DNA of 64,000 nt. Origin: a virus. Made by a program: the position numbers and the translations under genes. The stretch is from positions 2,581 through 66,580 of IMG/VR virus record IMGVR_UViG_3300015050_000902; one strand, given 5' to 3'. How positions within the stretch are numbered: position 1 is the stretch's first letter; every line of letters starts with the position of its first letter. Positions 27,170-36,788 of the stretch are shown here, piece after piece. A model generated the notes under the pieces. It had not been told where the DNA came from, ran no database searches, and saw only the letters and a program-made list of their open reading frames with translations.

Positions 27170-28819
27170 TTATTGGCGAACAGGAACGCTCTCGCCATTC
27201 GGTCCACGGGTATACCATGAACCGTTAAAGAACTTTGCACCTTGCACCGGCGGCTTGCCCGGAGACTGCTGCTGGGCAGGGCGCTGCTGCGGCTGCTGCG
27301 GCGCCTGGGGCGCCTGCTGCCGCGCACCGGGTGCGGTGACCGACAGGCTCTCCATGCCCTGCACGCCCATGCTCTCGGCGAGCTTCTTCTCCTGCTCGTT
27401 GAGCGGGGTCATGGACATCATCTTCTGGCCGATCATCTTGACCGCCAGACCCTGCGAGTTGCGGGCATCACGGCTCAGCAGCTCCTGCGCGCGCAGCGCC
27501 AGCTTCTGGGCCTCGATCTTGGCCTTGCCTGCGTCGCGCATGGCATAGCCCTGGGCCTTCTGGGCAGCGACGTCCTTGGCGCCCGCCTGCCGGACACCCT
27601 CCTGCTTGACCCGGCCATCGGCGCCGATACGCGCGACCTCTTCCTTGCGGCGGCCGACTTCGCCGGCGACGTTGACCTTGTTCTCCAGCTCGTCGTAGCG
27701 GCCCTCTTGTGCCGCCATCCACTGGTTGCGCTCTTCCTCCTGGCTGATGCTGGGGAACATGCGCATGGCGCGAGCCTCCAGCTCCGGACCATAATTGGTC
27801 TGGTCCGGCACAGGTGCGGAGCGCTCATCCGATCCGCTCAGGTTCAGCGTCGAAGGAGTTTTTCCGAAGTTGGTTTTCGGCGTGTTCTCCTGGGCGTTGG
27901 GGTCGTAGGCAGCGCTCTCGCTGTTGTCCGCCGGCGGAGCCTGAGGCGCGCGAGCACCACCTGCCCGCGGACCGGTGGCATCCGGACGGCTCGATCGAGC
28001 GAGCGGCGGCATGTCATTGAGCGACTGCGAGCCCCGTGCCGGCACAGAGGGGGAGCCGCCTTCGTTCACGATCTTGCTCAGCGCCTGTGAGGCCCCGACG
28101 CTCATGATCTTATCCCACTGGCCGTCGCCGCCGACGTCGAGCCAGCGCGAGAACTGCTGCGGTGAGAGGAGCTTCTGTTCCGGCTGGCCGCCGGGCGTTG
28201 TTACCGTGGCGGTAATCATGCGGCCGCCGTTGGCCGGCGCGAAGGTGACGTGCGATCCGTCCAGCACGTTGGCCTGGGCTTTGTTCGCAGCATCGATCGC
28301 CGCCCGCATGTCGGCAGGCTTCTGCGGCGTGCCTTCGAGCGCGGTCTTGGCGAACGCGGTCTGGGCGTTGTAGCTCACGCGGTTGGCCTGCATCAGCGCC
28401 CATGCGGCTTCGTCGCCGCCGTTGTCGCGGGCGTGCTTCAGCGCCATCAGGTTGCGCTCGCTCGGGTTCATCTTGCCCTCGGGATCGACCATGCGGCCGG
28501 CGCCGTCGATGGCTTCCGGGGGCATGGCGTCGGAGCCCATCAGGTAGGCGATGACGCTCTTGATACCGTTCTTGGCGGCCTGCGCCGGGCGTGCCAGCGG
28601 GCCGTAGCTCTTGTCCATCAGGCCGGGCTCGTTCTGTCCACCAGGAGCAGCCGGAGCCTCAGCGCCGCCCATGGCAGGCGGCGGGATCGCCGGGTTGCCC
28701 GAGTTGTCGCCAATGCCGGTATCGATCGCGCCGCCCTCAGGGAGCGGCACGCCGGAATTGTCGCCACCCTCTGGGTAGGCGCTGGTGTCGATGGCGGCTT
28801 CTTCGAGATCGGGGTCCAT
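27170..28819 (-). CDS. Internal virion (ejection) protein
   Basis: 549 aa, A/G/P/Q-rich helical, in the core-protein cluster. Confidence 0.7.
   Translation of the reverse strand: MDPDLEEAAIDTSAYPEGGDNSGVPLPEGGAIDTGIGDNSGNPAIPPPAMGGAEAPAAPGGQNEPGLMDKSYGPLARPAQAAKNGIKSVIAYLMGSDAMPPEAIDGAGRMVDPEGKMNPSERNLMALKHARDNGGDEAAWALMQANRVSYNAQTAFAKTALEGTPQKPADMRAAIDAANKAQANVLDGSHVTFAPANGGRMITATVTTPGGQPEQKLLSPQQFSRWLDVGGDGQWDKIMSVGASQALSKIVNEGGSPSVPARGSQSLNDMPPLARSSRPDATGPRAGGARAPQAPPADNSESAAYDPNAQENTPKTNFGKTPSTLNLSGSDERSAPVPDQTNYGPELEARAMRMFPSISQEEERNQWMAAQEGRYDELENKVNVAGEVGRRKEEVARIGADGRVKQEGVRQAGAKDVAAQKAQGYAMRDAGKAKIEAQKLALRAQELLSRDARNSQGLAVKMIGQKMMSMTPLNEQEKKLAESMGVQGMESLSVTAPGARQQAPQAPQQPQQRPAQQQSPGKPPVQGAKFFNGSWYTRGPNGESVPVRQ
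28201..28215. repeat. TTACCGYNRCGGTAA palindrome (in CDS)
   Basis: ttaccgtggcggtaa. Confidence 0.9.
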
Positions 28820-29565
28820 TATGCCGCTTCCTCTTCGGTATCGATCGCGCCCGTTTCTTCCTCGGGCTCGGCTTCGGCGCGCTTGCCGAATGGGTTCTGG
28901 GTCGGGGGCAGGCGACCAGGAGCCGGCTGCAGGGGCTTGATGCCGCTCTCGGACTGGGTACCCGGTACCGCCGGCATGCGGCCGTTCTGGTAGCCTGCGT
29001 TGGCCTGCGCGCCGGGGATCGCGCCCTCTTCCGGATCGGCACCGCCGCTGAGGCCGTGCTTCTGGCGGCCGTAGGCGAGGACCGACTTCACCATCTCGGT
29101 AAGGCCGGCATAGGGGTCGGCGCCGCCAGCGAAGTCGGGCTCCTCACCCTCCATCGGGATGGCGCCGCCGTTGGCCCAATCGGAGGTGAAGCCCATGGAC
29201 CAGTCGCCGCCCTGGGTGAACTGCATGCCCCAGCCGCCGATGCCGGTCGTGTCCTGAATACCGCCAACCGGCGGCCGCGAGTTCGGATCGAGCTGGCCGC
29301 GGCCATAGGTGGGCTTCGGCGGGGGCGGTGCATACATCAGCCCGTGCGCGTTGACCTCGGGGTTATTCTCGAACTCGGACGCGTCGGGCCCGGTGTTGTT
29401 GACCATGCCACCGCCGAACGGTCCGCCGTTGACGGAGGTCGAGCTGCCGCCGGACGCGGCATGGCCGCTACCGAAGCTGCCTGCCTCGGTACCAAACCCG
29501 CCGGCGTCGTTGCCTGCGCCGCTGCCAGCTCCATAAGCGCCGCTCTCGGAAAAATCACGGGGCAT
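28819..29565 (-). CDS. Gly-rich internal virion protein
   Basis: 248 aa, TAATG-coupled. Confidence 0.65.
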   Translation of the reverse strand: MPRDFSESGAYGAGSGAGNDAGGFGTEAGSFGSGHAASGGSSTSVNGGPFGGGMVNNTGPDASEFENNPEVNAHGLMYAPPPPKPTYGRGQLDPNSRPPVGGIQDTTGIGGWGMQFTQGGDWSMGFTSDWANGGAIPMEGEEPDFAGGADPYAGLTEMVKSVLAYGRQKHGLSGGADPEEGAIPGAQANAGYQNGRMPAVPGTQSESGIKPLQPAPGRLPPTQNPFGKRAEAEPEEETGAIDTEEEAA

Positions 29566-29568
29566 GTC

Positions 29569-31329
29569 TTACCTCATCGGTGGTGCGGGACCGCGGGTCG
29601 GCTTGGCCGGCGCGGTGGCGTTCTTCATGCGGGACTGCTCGATCAGCTTCTGGAAGAACTCCTGGCCCTTCCACAGCGCGACGTCCTGCGGGATCACGAA
29701 CTCGTTGGCGTTGAGGCGTGCGGGACCGCTCGGCGACTGCGCCGGGATGTCGTCGACCTGCTGGCCACCGCTCGGGCTCATCTGCTGCGGCACATGGCCA
29801 CCACCCGGCACGGCGCCGCCCTTGGCGTAAACACCGCCATAGTCGTCGTAGTTGCCAGAATAGTCGCCGGCGTAATAGTCGCTGCTCGGGGTGTAGGTGT
29901 CGTAGCCGCCACCGCCGCCGTAATTGCTATAGTCCGTGTAGCTGCTGTTGCCGCCGCCCCAATCCGTGGTGGGGTCCGGCTGATCATAGGTCTGACCCCA
30001 GCCTGGATCGTAGTTGTTGGAGGCAGTGTCATAGCCGATGTTGCCCCAGCTGGTGTCGCTGTAGCCGCTGCCGACGTTGCCATAGGTGTCGTCCGGCCCA
30101 CCATAGTCGTAGGTCTGACCGAAGCCGCTGTCGTTGAACGGGTTGTCCTGATAGCCGAAGTCGCCGTTCCAGACGTCCTGATTGTTGTGGCTGTTGTCGA
30201 TGTTCATCGAGTAGTCGGCGCCGTACTGATCCTGCGCCGGCTGATAATAGTCATCGAACCAGCTGTTCGGCTGCTGGAACTCGTCGCCCGTGATCGCGCC
30301 CTCGCCCTCGAAGGGGCTGTAGCCCTGCGACTGCTGGTTCCACCACGCGCTGTTGTCGGCACCGCCACCGGGGATTTGCATGATGCGCGCCGCGGAGCCG
30401 GCACGGATCGGGTTCGCTCGACCGACGTTGGGCCCAGCCTGCGCGTTGCCGTGCACGGGCATCCACGCGGGGCCACCGCTGCCGCCACCGCTGCCGCCAC
30501 CACCGCCGCCATAGGGCGAGCCACCGCCACCGCCACCGCCGCGCGAGCCGCCACCACCGCCACCGGGGCTGGACGACGATCCGCTGGACTGACCCTGCGA
30601 CTGCTGCCGGTTGCCGATCGGCGGGAGCTTGATGTCCATCGCCGTCTTCAGATACTCGTTCGCAAGCCGGTTGAGGTTCGCACCGGTGTTGGCGTTCGCG
30701 AGGCTCGCGTTGCTGGCTCCGGTGTTGGCCTGGATCGCGGTGTTGTTGACGTTGGCGATTGCGGCAGGCAGCTGCGCGCCGACCTGGACCGCCTGCGTGC
30801 GGAGGTCGCGGCCGATCTGCGCGGTACGATCGCGCTGCTGGTTCATGGCGCCGGCGACATTGGCTGAGTTCTGAACGGCGGCCGCCTTGTCGAGCGCAGC
30901 GTAGCGGCCCGAGCTGGGGTCGATGCCGTAGGAGCGAAGGCTCTCTTCCGCGCCGCGCAGTGCCGCATCGCCGGCCTGGGCCTGCGTGGCACCAGCCATG
31001 CCCATGTCGACCTTCTGGCGGGCAGCCGAGTTGTAGCTGTTGGCCTCGGCGGCGAGCTGGCGGTTCTGGGGGGCGAAGACGTTGTTGTACTGGTCGGTGA
31101 GGTTGTTCGACAGGTCGCCCATCTGCTGGGAGACCCGGAAGAAATTGCCGACGGCTTCGTTCGTGATCTGCGAGGTCTGCGCGAAAACACCCTGCGCCCA
31201 CTGGTTCATCTGCTGAGCGAGGCCGGCAGCGACGGAGCTGAGCTGGTTGATCAGATCGTTCTCATGCGTCGGGATCGCATATGGCGTCGACGAGCTGGAC
31301 TGCGTGCTGGACTGGAACGAAGATGCCAT
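29569..31329 (-). CDS. Internal virion (pilot/ejection) protein with G/Y/D/N low-complexity region
   Basis: Q/A/N helical N-half; C-terminal AKGGAV..DDIPA..ARL...EFVIP motif seen in virion DNA-delivery proteins. Confidence 0.75.
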   Translation of the reverse strand: MASSFQSSTQSSSSTPYAIPTHENDLINQLSSVAAGLAQQMNQWAQGVFAQTSQITNEAVGNFFRVSQQMGDLSNNLTDQYNNVFAPQNRQLAAEANSYNSAARQKVDMGMAGATQAQAGDAALRGAEESLRSYGIDPSSGRYAALDKAAAVQNSANVAGAMNQQRDRTAQIGRDLRTQAVQVGAQLPAAIANVNNTAIQANTGASNASLANANTGANLNRLANEYLKTAMDIKLPPIGNRQQSQGQSSGSSSSPGGGGGGSRGGGGGGGSPYGGGGGGSGGGSGGPAWMPVHGNAQAGPNVGRANPIRAGSAARIMQIPGGGADNSAWWNQQSQGYSPFEGEGAITGDEFQQPNSWFDDYYQPAQDQYGADYSMNIDNSHNNQDVWNGDFGYQDNPFNDSGFGQTYDYGGPDDTYGNVGSGYSDTSWGNIGYDTASNNYDPGWGQTYDQPDPTTDWGGGNSSYTDYSNYGGGGGYDTYTPSSDYYAGDYSGNYDDYGGVYAKGGAVPGGGHVPQQMSPSGGQQVDDIPAQSPSGPARLNANEFVIPQDVALWKGQEFFQKLIEQSRMKNATAPAKPTRGPAPPMR

Positions 31330-31374
31330 GGAGAGTTCCTCGAATAGGGCCCCTCCACGCCTACCATTGGGGCC

Positions 31375-31389
31375 TTAAAGGGTCCTTAA
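31375..31389. promoter_or_regulatory. CtrA box (perfect TTAA-N7-TTAA)
   Basis: ttaaagggtccttaa, about 45 bp upstream of the 31329 start. Confidence 0.7.
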
Positions 31390-32282
31390 CTCCCACCCCC
31401 GCCACCCGAGCCGCCACCGGTGGCCGTGACCGTGGTGAAGTCCGCGCCCTGGGGTCCGGTCTTGTCGACCCGGGATGTGACCGGGTTGTTCGAGGTGCCG
31501 GAGGCCTGGGTGTCATAGCCAGCTGGGTTGACATTGGCGATCTTGGGCGGCGGGCGGCCATGATACCCGAACACTCGAATGGTCGCGTTGCCGTCGGCGC
31601 CGGCGGTCTGCACGCGAAGCGTGGTCAGCGCCCGCGGCACCTTGACGAGGTAGAGCCCGACGAAGGTCGCCTTGGTGGATGGCGGCGTGGTGATCGAGGT
31701 CGTGAGGTTGTAGACATTGACCACCGGAGCCGCGGGACCGACCTGCGTGATGACGTGGAAGCTATCGTTGAACATCATCTGCGGGTACGGGAAGCCGCCG
31801 ACACCATCCTGGAACCGATCGTTCCACAGGGTGGCGTAGGCCTGCGCCTCGGACTGGGTAGCCCAGACACCGGGTGTGCCCGCGAGCTGGGTGCCGTAGG
31901 CGCCGATCAGCAGATAGCCGTTGCCCATGTTGACGAGCTTGGCGAGCTGCGTGCCGTAGGTAACGCCATAGTCGGCCGCGATCACATCGTCGAACGTCGA
32001 GGCGGTGGGGAACGTCGCCATCGGGTTCCAGACATACCACCGGGTGGACGAGGTGGTGCCCCCGGGGGTGAACACCTTTTTGCAGTCCGCCTTGACATCG
32101 AGCAGCTGCTCCTTGGCGCCGAGCAGCAGTCGGACCTGAGGACAGTTCGCCGCGCTTCCGATCATGGTCTTGGTGGCGGTGACCTCGACCACCATGTAGC
32201 CACCCGATGCCGGGAAGTTGATGCCGACGATGGTCTCCAGGAAGTCAAATTTGTAGGGACCGCCCCGGGTGTCGATCGCCAT
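31386..32282 (-). CDS. Putative tail-associated virion protein
   Basis: 298 aa, beta-rich T/G composition, follows the nozzle. Confidence 0.65.
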   Translation of the reverse strand: MAIDTRGGPYKFDFLETIVGINFPASGGYMVVEVTATKTMIGSAANCPQVRLLLGAKEQLLDVKADCKKVFTPGGTTSSTRWYVWNPMATFPTASTFDDVIAADYGVTYGTQLAKLVNMGNGYLLIGAYGTQLAGTPGVWATQSEAQAYATLWNDRFQDGVGGFPYPQMMFNDSFHVITQVGPAAPVVNVYNLTTSITTPPSTKATFVGLYLVKVPRALTTLRVQTAGADGNATIRVFGYHGRPPPKIANVNPAGYDTQASGTSNNPVTSRVDKTGPQGADFTTVTATGGGSGGGGGS

Positions 32283-32656
32283 TACTTACGCTCCCGGTCC
32301 CAGCTCCACAGCTCCTTGGTGGCCTTGTCCGACATCACGAGGCGGTTGATGCGCTCGACGTCGACGTAGACACTGCGGTCCTCGGGACTGAAGATGCGCA
32401 CGGTCTCGATCACGCGAGCGCTCTCGGCCCAGCGTGTCGGCGGGTCCCTCTTTCCATCCTTGCCCCTGGCACCTTTCGCGCCCTGAACGCCCTGCTGGCC
32501 AGCGATGATCATGACCACCTGCCGCATGGAATTTACCGTGGCGGTAAGCGACGCGATGTCAGGGCTCGCCGGCGGGATCGACGGCAGGTCGATCAGGTCG
32601 GGTTGCGAAGTGACCGTTACCGGAGGGATGTGACAGACTGAGTATTCCTGGGCCAT
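32282..32656 (-). CDS. Small tail protein with short Gly-X-Y stretch
   Basis: Coupled ORF; GQQGVQGAKGARGKDG. Confidence 0.6.
   Translation of the reverse strand: MAQEYSVCHIPPVTVTSQPDLIDLPSIPPASPDIASLTATVNSMRQVVMIIAGQQGVQGAKGARGKDGKRDPPTRWAESARVIETVRIFSPEDRSVYVDVERINRLVMSDKATKELWSWDRERK
32533..32547. repeat. TTACCGYNRCGGTAA palindrome (in CDS)
   Basis: ttaccgtggcggtaa. Confidence 0.9.
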
Positions 32657-35373
32657 CAGATGTTCGCCATTGCTTTGACCGAGGTGCCGATCTGGATGTT
32701 GGAGATCGGCACGCGGCCGAGGACTTCCCACTGCCACGTCTCGCCCTTGAAGCCCGAGATGATCCGCAGAATTTCCTGCGGCACCCGAACCTCGCGGCAG
32801 GTGACTAGGCGGCCCGAGCAGTAGACCTTGATGAACGCGTAGCGATCAGCTGGGAGACTGTTCCACACCGGATCGTCCGTGTCCGCTTCGAGGCGTGTCG
32901 CATTGAGCGCCGGCGTCCCTTCCGGGATCGTGAACCAGCATCGCATCGCCTCAAAATTTTTCTTGCTCTTCTGCTGGAACAGCTTCGACTTCCAGTGATA
33001 CGTTTGTGAGACAGGCGCCTGATCCGTGAAGTCATAGTAGTAAACGCCGCCGTTCTGCAGGACGCATCCGACCGCCGACCACTGGTCGATGAAGATGTTG
33101 TCGACATCAAATCCATTGGGTCCGGCGAGGAGTTGAAATCCAAGTCGGTGTCCTCCAGGCTGGGGCCAGATGTCAAACCCGACAGCATCAGCGGCGTTAA
33201 GCTCAATAGTGAAACCACGATCAGCGTCTGACGCATCGCCATTCCGTACAACTCCCAGGGCAAAGTAGCTCGATGCCAGCAGGAAGGCGCACAGGTTCTT
33301 CTGCGGCGTCAGCTGCTGCCAGCGGTTGCGGGTGATCCAGAGTTCGGTCGTGTTGCTCACCGCGCCATACTGCGTCACGCGGATCAGCCCGTTGGGCGAC
33401 GCGTAGTAGACACCGTCGTTCGTTCCGACCACCGATCGGCGCGAGTGGCATGGCTCGCTGTTCTGAACCTTGAGCGCGCTCATCGAGCCCGGGCTCACAC
33501 CGGTTGCGATGTAGGGTGCACCGGAGGTCGCCGCGACCACGCTGTAGCCCGTGACGCCGAGGCCCACGATCGGATACTCGGTGGTCAGCACGTAGCTCGC
33601 CGGCCATGCGTGCGGCCGATACGGTTCGCTGAACCAAATCTCGTTGCCCTTCCAGCCGACAGCCATGCCGTTCGGCATCGAGAGCATCCCGAGCAGACCC
33701 TCGGGCGGCGGCGTCCAGAGCTGCGACTGCAGCTGAAGGTTGGTCACCACAATGTCGTCGCTGATGATGTCGATGTATTGCGCCGTGGTCACATCCATCT
33801 CGGCGACGAAGAAATAGGTCGTCGCGCCGGCCTGCGAGGTCACAGATCGGTAGAGCTTGATCTGCTTGATGTTGCGCGTCACGCCCATCTGGTCGGGTGG
33901 CGGCGTGAACAAGTCGATCGTCCACGTCCCGTTGCTCCACCCGGTAACGGTTGTCGCCGGCGACGGGGGGCTCTCTTCGTCGTACTCGGTGACGTAGGTA
34001 TAGACATAGGCGCGCGCTTCCTGCACCGACGATGAGGTGAGGTTGCCCCACACCTGGAGTTCGCCGAAGCCTCCGACCACGTTGTTGATGATCGCCGGCG
34101 GGCCGTTGCTGTAGGTGTTGAGCACGACAGCGCCGGTGGCGCCCGTGTCGTTGGCGAGCTGCCACACCATGTCGGTGTCGGTCATGAAGCCGATCCAGTA
34201 CTTCACATTCATGAGAAGACCGGTCGGGTTGACAAAGGCGCTGGAAATTTCGTTGCCAGCAGTCACGCCCGCGACCGGCGAGCCGGTGTTGAGCAGCTGG
34301 TTCGGCTGGCCATCAAGGTCGTCGTAGACCACCGCGGCGAACTCCGCGAGCGCCACCGTCTCCATCGGCATGGCGCTGATGTCGTTCAGGATCATGTTGC
34401 CGTCGGGCGTTACCGGGATGAGGTAAAGAATGTTGCCGCCCGGGTTGCCAGTTGCCGTGCTCGTGCTGGTAGGGAAGCCCAGCTGAACGTCGTCGCCGCC
34501 GCCGTCGACGGCAACACCGGGGGAGCATCCAGGCGCAGGGACCCCAAGGAGCCACGCCGGATCACCCGCTTCGATGCGGTCTCGGGTGTTATACATGGGC
34601 GCGACGGAGGGGCTGGCGAAGTAGTAGCGGTCAAAGCTGTCGTCCACCACTGGGCTGCGCATGACATCAGTGTCAGGGTCAACAAACTCCAGCCAAACGC
34701 TAGGTCCGGTGATACCTGTATCAAACGAGAGGTTGGTGCCTCCCTGGAAGTTCGGGGTAGCGACGTCGTTGTAACGCCATTCAAGGCGCGAGCTGGGCGA
34801 AGCAGCGACAAGCGTCGAATTGTAGGCAGCTCCAAAGGTCGGCGCATAAACATGAATGCGCGGAACATCCGTCGCAATCTCGTTCGTGGTGGTCGGCTCG
34901 TGCTGATTGATTGCCGGATTGCGCACAGTGCCCGTACCATACCAAACTCCCCTGTTGGTCGCGGCGCCGTTCTCGATCGTGAACGCGGCGAAGAGATGCG
35001 TGACGGCATCGACGGCAGAGGCGCCGATCAGCACGTCATAGGCTTCAGCGACTTCATCGCGGAAGGTGTAGACCTCCTCGCCGAGATCGACGGTATCGCC
35101 GTCCACCGGCTTGTCGAGCACGTAGAGGATCGCATTGGCGATGTCCTCGCTCTGCCGCGGCAGGCGATACGCGAACTTCGCAGCGCTGTTGAGGAGGGTG
35201 TAGAGCAGCTTCGGCGTGCGCCAGCCTTCGAGCGCGCCGGAGAACAGGTAGCCGTTCTCGGAGTAGGACGCCTGATTGTTGGGGATCAGGTGATCGTTCC
35301 ACGCGGGCAGCATGCCCCCAAACTGTTCGAGCACAAAGGCATCGGGGTTAGTTTGGGGGGCAGGTACTGGCAT
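32656..35373 (-). CDS. Tail tubular/nozzle protein (P22 gp10-like stabilization protein)
   Basis: 905 aa; FGGM.P start, YVYTYVT...EESPPSP, FSEPY.PHAWP, YASPNGL, WKSK.F. Confidence 0.8.
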   Translation of the reverse strand: MPVPAPQTNPDAFVLEQFGGMLPAWNDHLIPNNQASYSENGYLFSGALEGWRTPKLLYTLLNSAAKFAYRLPRQSEDIANAILYVLDKPVDGDTVDLGEEVYTFRDEVAEAYDVLIGASAVDAVTHLFAAFTIENGAATNRGVWYGTGTVRNPAINQHEPTTTNEIATDVPRIHVYAPTFGAAYNSTLVAASPSSRLEWRYNDVATPNFQGGTNLSFDTGITGPSVWLEFVDPDTDVMRSPVVDDSFDRYYFASPSVAPMYNTRDRIEAGDPAWLLGVPAPGCSPGVAVDGGGDDVQLGFPTSTSTATGNPGGNILYLIPVTPDGNMILNDISAMPMETVALAEFAAVVYDDLDGQPNQLLNTGSPVAGVTAGNEISSAFVNPTGLLMNVKYWIGFMTDTDMVWQLANDTGATGAVVLNTYSNGPPAIINNVVGGFGELQVWGNLTSSSVQEARAYVYTYVTEYDEESPPSPATTVTGWSNGTWTIDLFTPPPDQMGVTRNIKQIKLYRSVTSQAGATTYFFVAEMDVTTAQYIDIISDDIVVTNLQLQSQLWTPPPEGLLGMLSMPNGMAVGWKGNEIWFSEPYRPHAWPASYVLTTEYPIVGLGVTGYSVVAATSGAPYIATGVSPGSMSALKVQNSEPCHSRRSVVGTNDGVYYASPNGLIRVTQYGAVSNTTELWITRNRWQQLTPQKNLCAFLLASSYFALGVVRNGDASDADRGFTIELNAADAVGFDIWPQPGGHRLGFQLLAGPNGFDVDNIFIDQWSAVGCVLQNGGVYYYDFTDQAPVSQTYHWKSKLFQQKSKKNFEAMRCWFTIPEGTPALNATRLEADTDDPVWNSLPADRYAFIKVYCSGRLVTCREVRVPQEILRIISGFKGETWQWEVLGRVPISNIQIGTSVKAMANI

Positions 35374-35381
35374 CTAGGGCC

Positions 35382-35849
35382 TCAGCGCGTAATGGCCGGG
35401 TCCCTCGAATTGAGGCCCGGAACAAAGTCGTTCGGACGATGCACCGGAGTTGTTAAGCCTTCGTTACGGTCCCGCTCGGGGGCGGGGCGGTGAGCCTGCT
35501 GCTCGGCGGCCTTCTGCTGGACCTTGCGGCCGGCACCAAGCTCCGCTTCGAGCTGCGCCATCTGGCGCGCGGTGCGCGGCGGCGGAATATACTCGACCGG
35601 CTTGGCGCGCTCGCTGTGCTGACGGAGCCCGTCGAGCAGAGCCTCGCGACCTTGCGCGGCGAGGCCGATGATCGAGACAGGCTCACGTTCGGCTTCCTCG
35701 GCAAGCTCCTGTTGCTTACGCGAAAGGGCGGCCAAGCGAGCGGCGTTTTGCTCCTCGGCTGCCGCCATGGCCTTTGCCGTCGGCTCGGGAGCCGGTTGCG
35801 CGGGCAACTCCACTGACGCTTCCGGGGTCTTGTCCTGAACTGCTTCCAT
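35382..35849 (-). CDS. Hypothetical helical protein
   Basis: AGGAG RBS before ATG 35849. Confidence 0.6.
   Translation of the reverse strand: MEAVQDKTPEASVELPAQPAPEPTAKAMAAAEEQNAARLAALSRKQQELAEEAEREPVSIIGLAAQGREALLDGLRQHSERAKPVEYIPPPRTARQMAQLEAELGAGRKVQQKAAEQQAHRPAPERDRNEGLTTPVHRPNDFVPGLNSRDPAITR
35453..35467. promoter_or_regulatory. CtrA-like box (1 mismatch)
   Basis: ttaagccttcgttac, about 80 bp upstream of the nozzle gene. Confidence 0.4.
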
Positions 35850-35978
35850 AGTCTTCTCCTGAGTAGGCGAGTTGGGAACCGCCTGAGGCAGCCCGGCGGG
35901 CGCCGGGACTGTTACGTTGCGATCGGCCTTGAGTGAAAGGCGGGGTCGATTGCGCATCTGGTTTCCTTTTACTGGGCA

Positions 35979-36413
35979 TCAGGATTTGGTCCGGTTCAGC
36001 ACGGCGGCAGTGATGCCCATGCCGGTACTGGTGACGAAGATGCCACCGATGATCACGCCAGCCCACTCGGCGGTGAACCCGGTGAGCGGCGGGGTGTAGC
36101 CATAGGTGCCCCAGAAGAACTTGTGGATGATGTTGTCCCACACGATCGACTTGTTCATGAAGAAAATCAGTGGGGCGGCGAAGCCACCGACAATGAACTG
36201 CAGGAAGCGCGAGCCCGCGACCGCCTGGAGCCAGCCGACCTTCGTCTGGTTGTTCTCAACCTCAGCACGGATGGCACCGAGCGCGACGTCACGGGTCACA
36301 CCCATGCGCGTCTGGTACATTGCCACCTTGCTGTCCATCCACTTGCCGGCGACGAACTGCACCAGCTTCGAGATGCCGGGGATCATGCCTAGCAGGGTCA
36401 TGATGATGGTCAT
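35979..36413 (-). CDS. Holin-like membrane protein
   Basis: 2-3 TM segments, in the lysis cluster. Confidence 0.6.
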   Translation of the reverse strand: MTIIMTLLGMIPGISKLVQFVAGKWMDSKVAMYQTRMGVTRDVALGAIRAEVENNQTKVGWLQAVAGSRFLQFIVGGFAAPLIFFMNKSIVWDNIIHKFFWGTYGYTPPLTGFTAEWAGVIIGGIFVTSTGMGITAAVLNRTKS

Positions 36414-36787
36414 TCGTCGTCATCCTTGAGGGCGATCGAGCGCAGTCGAGCGACGATGGTGAGCGCAGAGATGGCCATCAAAACGAACCCGAGGACCTTC
36501 GGGTTGGCGCCGAGCATCTCGGTCATCTGCGCGCGGAAGTCCGGATCACCGAGGAACGTGGCGATCGGATCAATCCAGCTGAACAGCTGGCCCACGAGCT
36601 GCACGATGTACATCCAGGCGATCACGAGTGAGTTGCCGCACAGCGCCCAGGCCTTCTCCCAGAAGCCATCGGCGACTTCGTAGAAGTGCTTGAGCTGCGG
36701 CAGCGCGCGCAAGAACGGGCGCACGAAGAGCCAGTACGTGACGATGGCGCCGGGCAGGATGAGTGCAGCGTAGACCGTGAGCGACAT
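36410..36787 (-). CDS. Membrane protein (holin/antiholin candidate)
   Basis: About 3 TM segments, directly after the putative lysin. Confidence 0.6.
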   Translation of the reverse strand: MSLTVYAALILPGAIVTYWLFVRPFLRALPQLKHFYEVADGFWEKAWALCGNSLVIAWMYIVQLVGQLFSWIDPIATFLGDPDFRAQMTEMLGANPKVLGFVLMAISALTIVARLRSIALKDDDE

Positions 36788-36788
36788 G

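Noticed and set aside
29088-29102. Additional palindrome-like site tcaccatctcggtaa, and half-sites at 43921 and 50192
   Set aside because: Two or more mismatches and the centre is not YNR; compatible with chance
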